Below are positions 38,578 to 47,735 of a stretch of DNA of 64,000 nucleotides, piece by piece. The DNA comes from Candidatus Parvarchaeota archaeon (GTDB lineage: Archaea > Nanobdellota > Nanobdellia > JAAOXT01), in assembly GCA_017609605.1 (NCBI GenBank), contig JAFCDO010000007.1, positions 17,997 through 81,996 on the forward strand, in the 5' to 3' direction. Position numbers and translations under genes: made by a program. Every line of letters starts with the position of its first letter. Positions within the stretch are counted from its first letter, which is position 1. The notes below the pieces were generated by a model. It was not told where the DNA came from, ran no database searches, and saw only the letters and a program-made list of their open reading frames with translations.

Positions 38578-41500
38578 TCACTGATATCTTTCTTCCGTGT
38601 ATTCGAAGTTATCAAAGTGATAAGTGGTTTTGGTCATGGTTTTCGAAGGTGTTGTGTACTCGCTACCTAGAAAACGCACAAAATCTTCCACACGACTCCA
38701 CGAACCAGTTTTTTCGGCGTACAAGTAAAAAACGTTCTCCCTAACCGAAGGGTATAATTTGAGCTTTAAGTAAGATTCCGTGGCGTCATCCTTGAAACTT
38801 GCTGTAGAGTTATGCGCAATCAATAAATCGCACGGCACTATCACCGCGAAAACATAAGAGTTATCCCTCCTGCCAGCAAAAGTCCAGCCATTACTGCATT
38901 TGAAAGAAGATTTTGAAACCTTAGCCACGGTATCGTTAAGCACTCCTTCAACCCTGCCAAAAACCTTCCAAAAATGATCCGCTGAACCGTTAAGCCTGAC
39001 GCGAGGACTGAACTCCACGATTCTTGAAGCGTTCACAGGAACCTGGGCATCAATTTTTATGAAAGGGGAATAAGAACTGATGCTGAAAGAATAATTTAGT
39101 TGAGGAGTGGTTCCCGAGCCAGCGTTAACCGTTGCGAACAACTTGCCAAAACGAGTGAGTACGGGGCTTGAAAGAGCAGAGCTATAACTCGCGGACACGT
39201 CGCTCATGTCAGTTATCCTAGTTTCAATGTCAAAGGTTCCAGAATCATAAAACCAGTTAGCTCCTTCTGACTGAAAATCCTTATTGGAGAAATCCCAAGA
39301 CCATAAAGAGTTTGAAACATTCGTTCCGCTAACAATCAAGTTAGACGATTGGTCATCCGAACAATCCTTATCAGAATAATAAGCGAAAAAACTGGTTTTA
39401 CCATCCTCAAAATCGTTCAGGAAAGTTATGTTCAAGCGAGGATTGGAAGGGTTAAACCAATAATTCTTAGACTCGCTCACACTCCAACCATCACTGAGAA
39501 GAACTTCCAGTTCAGCCCCTGCCGAGAGTGAAGTCGGGTCAAGCCAATAAAACCTTCCAAAAGGTTCTTTAAAACCCGTGAAGTTAAGCTCACCCCAGGA
39601 TTGACTAATTGATTGGGAGTTGAGAGTGTTACCTTCATAATCCAGTATTCGAATAGTGGTGGCCGAGCCAGCGGATATTAATCGCAAAGACATGTTGATG
39701 AACGAATCGTTCTCGCCTGCGCGGAACAATAATTTAGGAGCAGGTCCTTTGACCGCAAAGTTTTTCTCGTTCAAAACCAGTTTTGGCAGGCTCGAAGTAA
39801 TGTTAAACCATTCGGATCCAGCAACGCTCACGTTATACTCTCCTGAAACGCCTTTCGAATCAATCGTGTAAGCGGTCCCGTTCCCCTCAAGGTTTGAAGG
39901 AGTGGTCGTGGACCCGTCAGGATAAGATACATTAAAACTTATTACTTCATTATTTGATTGATTGGTCACTGTCACGGTAAAATTGGTTCCGTTAACGTTG
40001 TAAACAGTGAAGTTAGGTCTTAGCGAGCCGTTAAAATAAGTGGTCAGGACGCTGGACCCAGTGTGGTAAAAGCTTGGCTGAGTCAACTTTGTTTTAAAGT
40101 ACTCGTCGACCACGCGAATGCAAGTGGGCCTGGTTTGAGCCTCAAAACCCAGTTCTACACTAATCGTCGCGTTATCAACTGGTTCTGAATCAACTGTAAA
40201 ACCAATCCTCCCAATAAACATGGTTTCACTGACTTGATTGAGTTTTGAGGTCGAGTTAGTCATGGTGGCTGAAGAACTGAAATCTTTAGTGGGAAAACTT
40301 ATTTTAGCACTGTTATCAGCGTTGTAATAAATTAGAAACGTGTTGTTAGCGTTTGCTGAAAGGTTAACGAGTAATGAAATGTTTCCCAACGAAGCGCTCT
40401 CATCCTCCCAAGATAATTGCCAAGGAATCATGACATGACTCTGGTCGAACACCGCAAAATTAATGGTTCCTGAAGGGACTTGAAAGTCTTTTGAACTGGA
40501 AGTGGAGAACGAAAAGTTGTAAACCCCGTTTTCCACTGCGGAACCAGTGTTAGTGAGATTTATGCTAGTCCTGTTCCACTGTTGTTTGCTCCAGTCATCT
40601 TTGTCAACCTGTTTTTCTATTTTTTCGTTAAAAGTGGAATAACTAGTTTCCAAGGAATAACCTTCATTAATCCCGGAAACTTTCAGGTAATCCAGTGCCG
40701 AAGAAATTTTGGAGTTAACGCTTTCCTCATCATTGACGTGTATGTTGAACTGGTGGCCTAACAAGAAATTGCTGGTTTTTGAGCCGTTAAGGGATTCTCC
40801 AAGCATCAAGTAAACAATGGCGTTCACCTGGTCAGAAGAAGAGCCTCGACCAGTGATGTTAGTGAAGTCATTGACGTCCGAGGCCTCCAGTAATCCCTGA
40901 GAGGGTTGAGAGGAGTCGAAACCCCAGTCAGAAATGTTGGTTAAAAAAACTTTCGCCTCGGTCGGAGTCGTCTTGGCGAACAAACCCCAAAGCCTTCCCG
41001 TTCCAGACGCTGAGCTGGTTGAAGCTCCACTGCAAAAATCGCTTATTGTCCCCCCATCAACGTCATCGTAATCCCAGTTGTGCTCGCAAGCATGGTTGAA
41101 AAGTATTGAGAGGTCGTCTAAACCGGAAGTCGAAGTAGAATTTTTTATAGTGATGTTTGCCATGACGTAATCGTTGAAGAAGAAGTATTCAATCTTTGAA
41201 AACACTGGAGTGCTAGCAGGATTGTTGAAATTATAGGCATAGATTTTTGCGTAACCGAAAACGGGCCCGCTGGAGTAATCGCTAAGAGTGGTTGTCCCGG
41301 ATTCCTGCTCGTTCCAAGCGTTGAAAAAACCTTGGCTTCCCACCCACTCATGACTGTTTTGTTTGGATTTGAAACTCGAAATCACTCCTCCTTGATTGAG
41401 ATCCACTTCCGCTAAGTAAGAAGGAGTGTTGATTATTAGTTTGGTGCCGTCTTTTTCAACGCTTGTCGTGTTAACAGTTTCTTCTGATGGTATGACGTAG

Positions 41501-41961
41501 TCTTGAGAGGATAAGGAATTGTAGTAGACGTTGATGGTTTGGTTCGCGAGCCCGGTGTAGTTCAGCGTGGCGTAAAGAACTCCTTGTTTCGCGGTCAGGT
41601 TCTCCCAATGCACTTGGAAAACTTTTTGCTTCGGGGCAAAAACCATTAATGAGTTCGTGTCAGTATCGTTTCTCAAGTCAAAACCAATTTTTATTAATCG
41701 GTTGGCTGACTCGTTCAGGACTTCTTGAACCTCTATTTTCAAACGATAACTTTTTTTGATTTCGTTCCAGTTAAAGGTTTCCGAAACTTTATTCAAGAAA
41801 CCTTTTAGGTTGTATGCTTTATTCAAGCTTATCCGCTGAAACTCCAGTGTCGAGACCTTCAACCCTGGAGGCAGGACTAAATAACTAATTATCGCGGACA
41901 TAGTTATTATCACGATTATTCCTGTTATCACGAAGAACTGGCCTTTCACCACAAGTACCAC
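38578..41961 (-). CDS. Giant (1127 aa) pilin-like surface protein with class III signal-like N-terminus
   Basis: N-terminus MVLVVKG|QFFVITGIIVIITMSAIISYLVL ([KR]G followed by ~22 hydrophobic aa). The rest is S/T/N-rich and dense in N-x-S/T sequons (NLTA, NYTG, NQTI, NTTS, NSTS, NITG, NGSK ...). Confidence 0.7.
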   Translation of the reverse strand: MVLVVKGQFFVITGIIVIITMSAIISYLVLPPGLKVSTLEFQRISLNKAYNLKGFLNKVSETFNWNEIKKSYRLKIEVQEVLNESANRLIKIGFDLRNDTDTNSLMVFAPKQKVFQVHWENLTAKQGVLYATLNYTGLANQTINVYYNSLSSQDYVIPSEETVNTTSVEKDGTKLIINTPSYLAEVDLNQGGVISSFKSKQNSHEWVGSQGFFNAWNEQESGTTTLSDYSSGPVFGYAKIYAYNFNNPASTPVFSKIEYFFFNDYVMANITIKNSTSTSGLDDLSILFNHACEHNWDYDDVDGGTISDFCSGASTSSASGTGRLWGLFAKTTPTEAKVFLTNISDWGFDSSQPSQGLLEASDVNDFTNITGRGSSSDQVNAIVYLMLGESLNGSKTSNFLLGHQFNIHVNDEESVNSKISSALDYLKVSGINEGYSLETSYSTFNEKIEKQVDKDDWSKQQWNRTSINLTNTGSAVENGVYNFSFSTSSSKDFQVPSGTINFAVFDQSHVMIPWQLSWEDESASLGNISLLVNLSANANNTFLIYYNADNSAKISFPTKDFSSSATMTNSTSKLNQVSETMFIGRIGFTVDSEPVDNATISVELGFEAQTRPTCIRVVDEYFKTKLTQPSFYHTGSSVLTTYFNGSLRPNFTVYNVNGTNFTVTVTNQSNNEVISFNVSYPDGSTTTPSNLEGNGTAYTIDSKGVSGEYNVSVAGSEWFNITSSLPKLVLNEKNFAVKGPAPKLLFRAGENDSFINMSLRLISAGSATTIRILDYEGNTLNSQSISQSWGELNFTGFKEPFGRFYWLDPTSLSAGAELEVLLSDGWSVSESKNYWFNPSNPRLNITFLNDFEDGKTSFFAYYSDKDCSDDQSSNLIVSGTNVSNSLWSWDFSNKDFQSEGANWFYDSGTFDIETRITDMSDVSASYSSALSSPVLTRFGKLFATVNAGSGTTPQLNYSFSISSYSPFIKIDAQVPVNASRIVEFSPRVRLNGSADHFWKVFGRVEGVLNDTVAKVSKSSFKCSNGWTFAGRRDNSYVFAVIVPCDLLIAHNSTASFKDDATESYLKLKLYPSVRENVFYLYAEKTGSWSRVEDFVRFLGSEYTTPSKTMTKTTYHFDNFEYTEERYQ

Positions 41962-43046
41962 ATCCTAAGAAGGACTTTAGAATAATCTTTTTCAAGATTT
42001 ACCAGCCTGCTGATAGAGTGAACATTTGATTTAGGAGAATCCTTTAGTATTGGAGGGGTTCCATCCCTATTATCCTTTTCAAAATTGATTGTTATGTTGG
42101 TGTTGTCATAACTTGTGTTGAGCGTCGAATTATAATCATCAGTGTCAGAAGTCCCTATTGAGTACGAGAGGTAAAACTCTTTGTTGCTGTGATTCATTAA
42201 TGGAATGAAGAATTGCACGTCCGCTCTCGTGGAGTTCTGAGGTTCCCCAACAGATGTTGCAACGCTGGAGTTAACGAGTAAGGAGTTCACGTAAAGTCCT
42301 GCGTTGTTAGAATTGTAAGAAGTGGATCCCCCAGCGTAATAAAAGTAAGCCAAGGTTTTAGTGTTAGCTGGAAGCAAAGATAAGCTGACGTTGACTGTGA
42401 CGTTCATATCGCTCCCGAAAACAGTTTGATTGGTCACGTTAAGCCTGTATAATGTATCATCAACCTGGAAAACGAACGCTGACTTGTTAACTGTTTCACC
42501 GTTAGTTTTTAAAGATAAATTTGTTATTCCAATGACGCCGTTCTCGACTCGCGTGTTGTTAGTTATCAAGTATATGGGAACGCTGTACCAGTTCCAGTCA
42601 ACATTCCTGTCAAAAGAATACCCGTCAGAGAATACGTGCACAGAGTTTTTATCCACGTACGAAGGAAAATTGAAGGTTAAGGCAACCGCCTGATCAAAAT
42701 GATTAATTGTTTTGTTAGTCCCGGCATCCCACGTCCCGCCAGTGGAGTTCAAAGTAATTTTTGAGAAATATTCTGCCCGCACTTGATACCCGAACCGTTC
42801 AGGCATTATGTAGTATAACTTGTTTTCAAGTGAGCGCAAGTCATATTTTTCTAAATCCTGGCTGAGAAGACCTGTTTCATCCAAAGAGTTTAATAGCACT
42901 CTGCCAAGCCTTGAAGGGTTTCTTTGAAAACTTTCGGTAGGCGTGTAAACTCTTTGAGTGAAGTAAACGTAAGAACCCATAAAAAAAAGGATGGTTAGGA
43001 TGGCCTCCATTGATTTCATAAAACCTTTATTATTCATATTATCCAC
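41946..43046 (-). CDS. Pilin-like protein (366 aa) with class III signal-like N-terminus
   Basis: MDNMNNKG|FMKSMEAILTILFFMGSYVYF; sequon-rich extracellular part. Overlaps both neighbours (13 and 16 nt). Confidence 0.6.
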   Translation of the reverse strand: MDNMNNKGFMKSMEAILTILFFMGSYVYFTQRVYTPTESFQRNPSRLGRVLLNSLDETGLLSQDLEKYDLRSLENKLYYIMPERFGYQVRAEYFSKITLNSTGGTWDAGTNKTINHFDQAVALTFNFPSYVDKNSVHVFSDGYSFDRNVDWNWYSVPIYLITNNTRVENGVIGITNLSLKTNGETVNKSAFVFQVDDTLYRLNVTNQTVFGSDMNVTVNVSLSLLPANTKTLAYFYYAGGSTSYNSNNAGLYVNSLLVNSSVATSVGEPQNSTRADVQFFIPLMNHSNKEFYLSYSIGTSDTDDYNSTLNTSYDNTNITINFEKDNRDGTPPILKDSPKSNVHSISRLVNLEKDYSKVLLRMWYLW

Positions 43047-43828
43047 GCGTTAACCTTAACTTTTGATAAGTATTTATTGTTGTTTTCAACAACGTTCGTG
43101 AAAAACTCTTGGTAAACATAATCCTGATAACCCGTGCCAGTTGTTCCGCAGGAATCGTTCATTTTTAGGTCGCCAACATAAAATTTTGATAAATCCATTC
43201 CTTGATTTGTATTAGTGTTCGTGAGAACGACCAAATATTTTTGGGAATGCGAGGTAACAAAAATGATGGTGTCCTCATCCCCCGCGGATAAGGAAAGGTT
43301 GAAGGAAAAAACTTGGTTGTTAAAAAAATCGGTTGAGTTGGAAATGTCATCTTCGGATTCAATTTCTGAATTGGTGGATGACACGTAAACGTTTTTAGGG
43401 AAAACCAAGTCAAACGAGGCGTTGCCGCTTCCAGTTGTTCTGCCCGCGCTAATGTTAAAATCGTAGCCGTTAATTATGAACCTGACCTGACCTTCACCGA
43501 AATCGCTTCCAAGAGTGTAGTTAGCGTTTTGAGGTAGGGTGAAGCCTAACAAGTTGTATTCTAAGGAAAGGTTTGAGACAAAATCAAATTCTTTAGTGCA
43601 TAGGGATTGGAATTCTTCCGAAGTCATGGAATACTTTTCAAGAGAGGATACGATACTGGTTATTTTTTTTTCGCGGAGCTCGAATTCGCTGGAGTCAGAG
43701 AAGGGGGTGACAAGTCTTAGCAAAAAGTTGATTAGGAAAATTATGAAAAACAGGAATATCAGGTAAGCGACTATGGCGTCAACGTCAACCTGCCCCCGTG
43801 ACCGCGAGCTGTATTTTTCGTGATTCAT
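43034..43828 (-). CDS. Pilin-like protein (264 aa) with class III signal-like N-terminus
   Basis: MNHEKYSSRSRG|QVDVDAIVAYLIFLFFIIFLINFLL; overlaps the upstream gene by 44 nt. Confidence 0.55.
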   Translation of the reverse strand: MNHEKYSSRSRGQVDVDAIVAYLIFLFFIIFLINFLLRLVTPFSDSSEFELREKKITSIVSSLEKYSMTSEEFQSLCTKEFDFVSNLSLEYNLLGFTLPQNANYTLGSDFGEGQVRFIINGYDFNISAGRTTGSGNASFDLVFPKNVYVSSTNSEIESEDDISNSTDFFNNQVFSFNLSLSAGDEDTIIFVTSHSQKYLVVLTNTNTNQGMDLSKFYVGDLKMNDSCGTTGTGYQDYVYQEFFTNVVENNNKYLSKVKVNAWII

Positions 43829-44906
43829 CCTTTTCTCCTTCCATTTTTGCGATTACAAGTACTTCATAAACCCCTACTTCTTGCGGAGCTATCAACGAGT
43901 AAGAGAACTCTCCTTGTTCGTCAGTTTTTATTACTTCGGTCAGGTTCTCTAAGATTATGAATATTTGAGTGTTTGAAACAGGGCTTCCTTCAAGCACTAT
44001 GCTCCCAGTCAGCTCCGTTTTTTCTCCAGAGGAGAGCACGTTATCACTTAGCTCAGCGTTGAAGTCAATGATTTTCGGGTAGATGAGCACTGAGAAAGCC
44101 ACTAACGCTATAACCAGCATTATGAAGGAATGCTTTACTCCCGCGACCACGCTTCCATCCTTGGCCTCTCCTGCCACTAATCCATTCATGAAAGATTGTA
44201 TGGTCATTGTTAGGAAAAAAAGTATTTTAAAATAACCTACAGAAGGCGCGCTCCCTCCGCTGATGAATAACGCTCCTCCAGCCCCCCCTCCAACGGATAG
44301 TAAGGGGATGAGGATTCTGTAAAGGGCTACGATTATGCCGATGAACAAGAGATTGATGATGTAAATAATGGTTATTTGCTCTTTGAGAATAGATTGTCTT
44401 TCATTGGCTATTTTTTTGAGCAGACGAGTAGCTTCAGATACTGAGCCCATAGCGTCTGAAATAGCGCCTCCAGCGTAGTAGGCTTGAATGACTATTCCTA
44501 TGGCTCTTCGTATGAAAATGCTTTTTTTATTTCTCTTCGCGAAGTTCTTGATAACGTTTGGCAGAGGGATTCCCCACGACAATTGGTTCGCCATTTTTTT
44601 CACGTCTTCATTTAAAGCCCCGTAATCAGTTTTTGTAGCGTTGAGAATGGCTATTGGTAGAGTCATGCCCGCTTCATGAGCATCCGAAAGGTTTCTGAGA
44701 AATTTGGGCAGGTTATCCTCTTTTTCGGACATTTTTTGTTGATAAGTGAATTTTAGTATTGACCATGGAACCAAGAATATCGATATTCCTATAACTATTC
44801 CGTAACCCACTACGAGGATGTCTCCTTGAGATATTATCACTGCGCCTAGGCATACGAATATGGCGATTGTTCCGAAAACAAGGGTTATTATGTCTTCTTG
44901 GTCCAT
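43785..44906 (-). CDS. FlaJ/TadC-like platform protein, second T2SSF half, with C-terminal extracytoplasmic beta-sandwich-like domain
   Basis: T2SSF pattern LPKFLRNLSDAHEAGMTLPIAILNA...LSWGIPLPNVIKNFAKR plus TM bundles. C-terminal TGSIVLEGSPVSNTQIFI...TDEQGEFSYSLIAPQEVGVYEVLVIA resembles a CarboxypepD_reg/Ig-like fold. Confidence 0.75.
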   Translation of the reverse strand: MDQEDIITLVFGTIAIFVCLGAVIISQGDILVVGYGIVIGISIFLVPWSILKFTYQQKMSEKEDNLPKFLRNLSDAHEAGMTLPIAILNATKTDYGALNEDVKKMANQLSWGIPLPNVIKNFAKRNKKSIFIRRAIGIVIQAYYAGGAISDAMGSVSEATRLLKKIANERQSILKEQITIIYIINLLFIGIIVALYRILIPLLSVGGGAGGALFISGGSAPSVGYFKILFFLTMTIQSFMNGLVAGEAKDGSVVAGVKHSFIMLVIALVAFSVLIYPKIIDFNAELSDNVLSSGEKTELTGSIVLEGSPVSNTQIFIILENLTEVIKTDEQGEFSYSLIAPQEVGVYEVLVIAKMEGEKDESRKIQLAVTGAG

Positions 44907-44912
44907 TTTTTT

Positions 44913-45788
44913 TTATGTCTCCGTTGGTGAAATCATTTTTAGCATCAATATGAACGCTGCGCTCAGGAAGGGCAGTCCAATAGTCACGAGTATTATTTGC
45001 ACTGTTTGGAGTTGTTGCGCGTACCCTCCGAGCAAGCTCATAATAGTTGTTAGCACGAGGATGAATACTGAACCTACTATGACAGCGGTTATGTACATTT
45101 CCATGAATATGCTTAGCGTCTTCACGTATTCTTGGAGTTTTCTCCTGTAATCTATGACGAAGTCGTCGCCTTTTTGGATTAGGAATCTTTTCAGGTCGGC
45201 TCCAGTGGACATTGTTGTTTTCATACCCCACAAAAGTTCTTTTAACCCTTCGCTCGGCGATGATTCAGCGGCTCTTGCCAGCGCTTCCGAAATGTCCATT
45301 CCGTAGCGGTCAATAGCGTACCAAATTTTTTGGAAAATCCTGGCGATTTCTCCGAACTCTTCGAAGTCGCCTATTATCTTGAAAATCTTGTAAGTTGGCA
45401 GTCCTGTTCCCGCGAGCGTGGCCATGTAGATGGCTGCGAAGTGGATTCCGTTATCAATTTTCTTTTTTTTCGAAGCAGATACTTGTGAAGGGTAAAAATA
45501 GAACAGGCTGAAAATTAGTATGGTTAGAAAGCTTCCAACGAAGAATGAGAACAGCGCGCTGACCAAAACGTCCCCTGTTAGAATTGAGAAAACGATTGTT
45601 AAGGTTATGAAGGATATAATGAAACCTAATAATGAGAAGAAAACGGCGAGTGAGAAGTACTCTTCAACGGTCAGGTGTATTTCTGCTTTTTGCAGGTCGC
45701 TGGCAATGTCTTTTATCAAATGCCTATACTTTTTGACGTGTCTGCCGAACCACCTGTAGGATTGGAATATTAGTTGTCTGCCTTTCAT
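44913..45788 (-). CDS. FlaJ/TadB-like platform protein, first T2SSF half
   Basis: GEIARIFQKIWYAIDRYGMDISEALARAAESSPSEGLKELLWGMKTTMSTGADLKRFL is the T2SSF signature. Same reading frame as 43785-44906, separated only by TAA + 2 codons. Confidence 0.75.
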   Translation of the reverse strand: MKGRQLIFQSYRWFGRHVKKYRHLIKDIASDLQKAEIHLTVEEYFSLAVFFSLLGFIISFITLTIVFSILTGDVLVSALFSFFVGSFLTILIFSLFYFYPSQVSASKKKKIDNGIHFAAIYMATLAGTGLPTYKIFKIIGDFEEFGEIARIFQKIWYAIDRYGMDISEALARAAESSPSEGLKELLWGMKTTMSTGADLKRFLIQKGDDFVIDYRRKLQEYVKTLSIFMEMYITAVIVGSVFILVLTTIMSLLGGYAQQLQTVQIILVTIGLPFLSAAFILMLKMISPTET

Positions 45789-45834
45789 GTATTGATTAAT
45801 ATCTTTAGAATTATATTCTTTTATAATTACTCTT

Positions 45835-47709
45835 TCAAGTTCGCGCTGACTGTTTTGAAGGATATTTTTTCATCAGTTGCGTTAAGTATTTTGGGTTGGA
45901 GTAGAACATGGCTATGATGTTCGCAACTTCTTTGTAACCTTTTATTTCTTGTAATTGCATCCATTTAAGGACTTCTATTCGAAAAGCGAGGTCGGAGCGT
46001 AAAACTTCTATTGAGTAACCCATTTTTTCCTTTATTTTATCAAGAATGGTTGACTTGTAGGATTTGAACGTGTCTGTTGAAGGATTCCATTTGAAAGAAG
46101 TGTTGGTGGTTAGTTGTTGGGTGGAAAACTCGTATTGTAGGATTTCAACAACGGATTTAACCTTTCTCACGTACACTCCTTCTCTTCGGGTTAGGGCTAA
46201 GAACACGACAACGTCCAGCGCTTCTAGCATTACTTTCGGAAGGTTTATTGGTTTATTAGTGAGGCGGCCGATAACGGATTGTATGCTGTCAGCGTGAAGG
46301 GTTCCCATTGAAGGGTGCCCCGTGCTCATTCCTTGGAACATGACGTAAGCTTCTTCTCCACGAACCTCTCCCACTATGATGTAGTCAGGTCTTTGACGCA
46401 GTGACGATTTTAGCAAGTCGAACATTGTCACTTCACCGTAGCTTTTGGTTCCGAAGCCAGCTCTTGCGACTTGAGGTATCCAGTTCGGGTGGGGTAGCAT
46501 GAGTTCTGGCGTGTCTTCTATGCTGACTATTTTCAGCGCTGGCTTTATGAATAGGGATAAAGAGTTCAGAAAAGACGTTTTTCCTGTGGCTGTGGCTCCG
46601 GCGATGAGCACGGATAACTTGTTTTCTATGACTAGCCACAAATAAGCAAGGATTTCCGCGTTAACCGTTTTGAAATCCATTTGGTTGATGGGAGTTAATG
46701 GTTCTTTGGTGAATTTACGGATAGTGAAGTTTGAGCCTTTCCTCGCTATGTCCGTGCCGTAGGTTGCTTGCACACGACTGCCGTCCGCCAGGGATCCGTC
46801 GAGAAGTGGTGACGCGATGGATAAGGACCTGCCAGTTTTTTGAGCCAGTCTTAGCACGAAACCGTCTAACTTCTCTTTTTCTTCAAATATGACGTTGGTT
46901 TGGAGTTCCCCGTATAAAGGGTTGCGATGATATATGAAAATGGGGATGCTTGACCCGTCGCAACTGATGTCTTCTATATTCTTGTCATGCATCATGGCTT
47001 CGATTTTGCCAAGCCCGATAAAATCTCTGTAAATATAGTATTCGAACTTTAGTTTTTGCGCTTCAGTGATTTTAAGTCCTTCTTCCTTGATTATTTCTTC
47101 AAAAGTGTCTATGAGGTATTGGATCGCTTTTTCGGATCGGACTTCCGCGAAGTTTATGTTAAGTTTTTCTTCAATTGTTTGTTTTAAATCCTCCAGTTTA
47201 GCTTTTTCTTTAGGAGTTATTGGGGGTTCTGAAATGAAGTATGAAAGAGCTTGTAATTCTTCATTCCATTTGATTATGCCGTAAGCGAACGTGGAGGTCT
47301 TGCCACCCAAGTTGAGGGTTATCAGCGGGAAAACGTCGTAGACTTTTCTTTTTTTGGCAAGAACTTCTTCGGGGACGATGCGAGCTTTTCCTGGGAGGTT
47401 GCTGAATAATTCGAGTTTTTGATGAACTTTTTTTTTCTCTTCTTCTTCAATTTCTTTTTCTTCTTTCTTGACAGGTTCTTTCTCTTCTTTTTTTGGTGGT
47501 TCTTCTTTGATTTCAACTTTTTCTTCTGTTTTGATTTCTTCATCGATTTTGGTTGTTTCTTCAACTAATTCTTCTTTCAGAGGTTTTGTTTCTGGCGCTG
47601 GAAGAACTTTTTCATTTTCAGGAAGCTTCTCTTTTTCAATCTTTTTTTTGGAGGCTTCTCTAGCTTTTCTTAATTTTTTACCTATCTTGGATAATTTTAG
47701 TCCAGCCAT
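45835..47709 (-). CDS. FlaI/PilB/VirB11-family secretion ATPase with K/E-rich N-terminal extension
   Basis: Walker A GATATGKTSFLNSL, Walker B/Asp box PDYIIVGEVRGEEA, His box GHPSMGTLHA. The first ~95 aa are low-complexity KE-rich. Confidence 0.9.
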   Translation of the reverse strand: MAGLKLSKIGKKLRKAREASKKKIEKEKLPENEKVLPAPETKPLKEELVEETTKIDEEIKTEEKVEIKEEPPKKEEKEPVKKEEKEIEEEEKKKVHQKLELFSNLPGKARIVPEEVLAKKRKVYDVFPLITLNLGGKTSTFAYGIIKWNEELQALSYFISEPPITPKEKAKLEDLKQTIEEKLNINFAEVRSEKAIQYLIDTFEEIIKEEGLKITEAQKLKFEYYIYRDFIGLGKIEAMMHDKNIEDISCDGSSIPIFIYHRNPLYGELQTNVIFEEKEKLDGFVLRLAQKTGRSLSIASPLLDGSLADGSRVQATYGTDIARKGSNFTIRKFTKEPLTPINQMDFKTVNAEILAYLWLVIENKLSVLIAGATATGKTSFLNSLSLFIKPALKIVSIEDTPELMLPHPNWIPQVARAGFGTKSYGEVTMFDLLKSSLRQRPDYIIVGEVRGEEAYVMFQGMSTGHPSMGTLHADSIQSVIGRLTNKPINLPKVMLEALDVVVFLALTRREGVYVRKVKSVVEILQYEFSTQQLTTNTSFKWNPSTDTFKSYKSTILDKIKEKMGYSIEVLRSDLAFRIEVLKWMQLQEIKGYKEVANIIAMFYSNPKYLTQLMKKYPSKQSART

Positions 47710-47735
47710 TTTTTTTGTTGGGGGGAGTATTGTTT

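Noticed and set aside
47400-47600. Repetitive AAG/GAA-rich DNA that looks like a microsatellite
   Set aside because: It is the coding sequence of the K/E-rich N-terminal extension of the ATPase, in frame and without an exact repeat unit.
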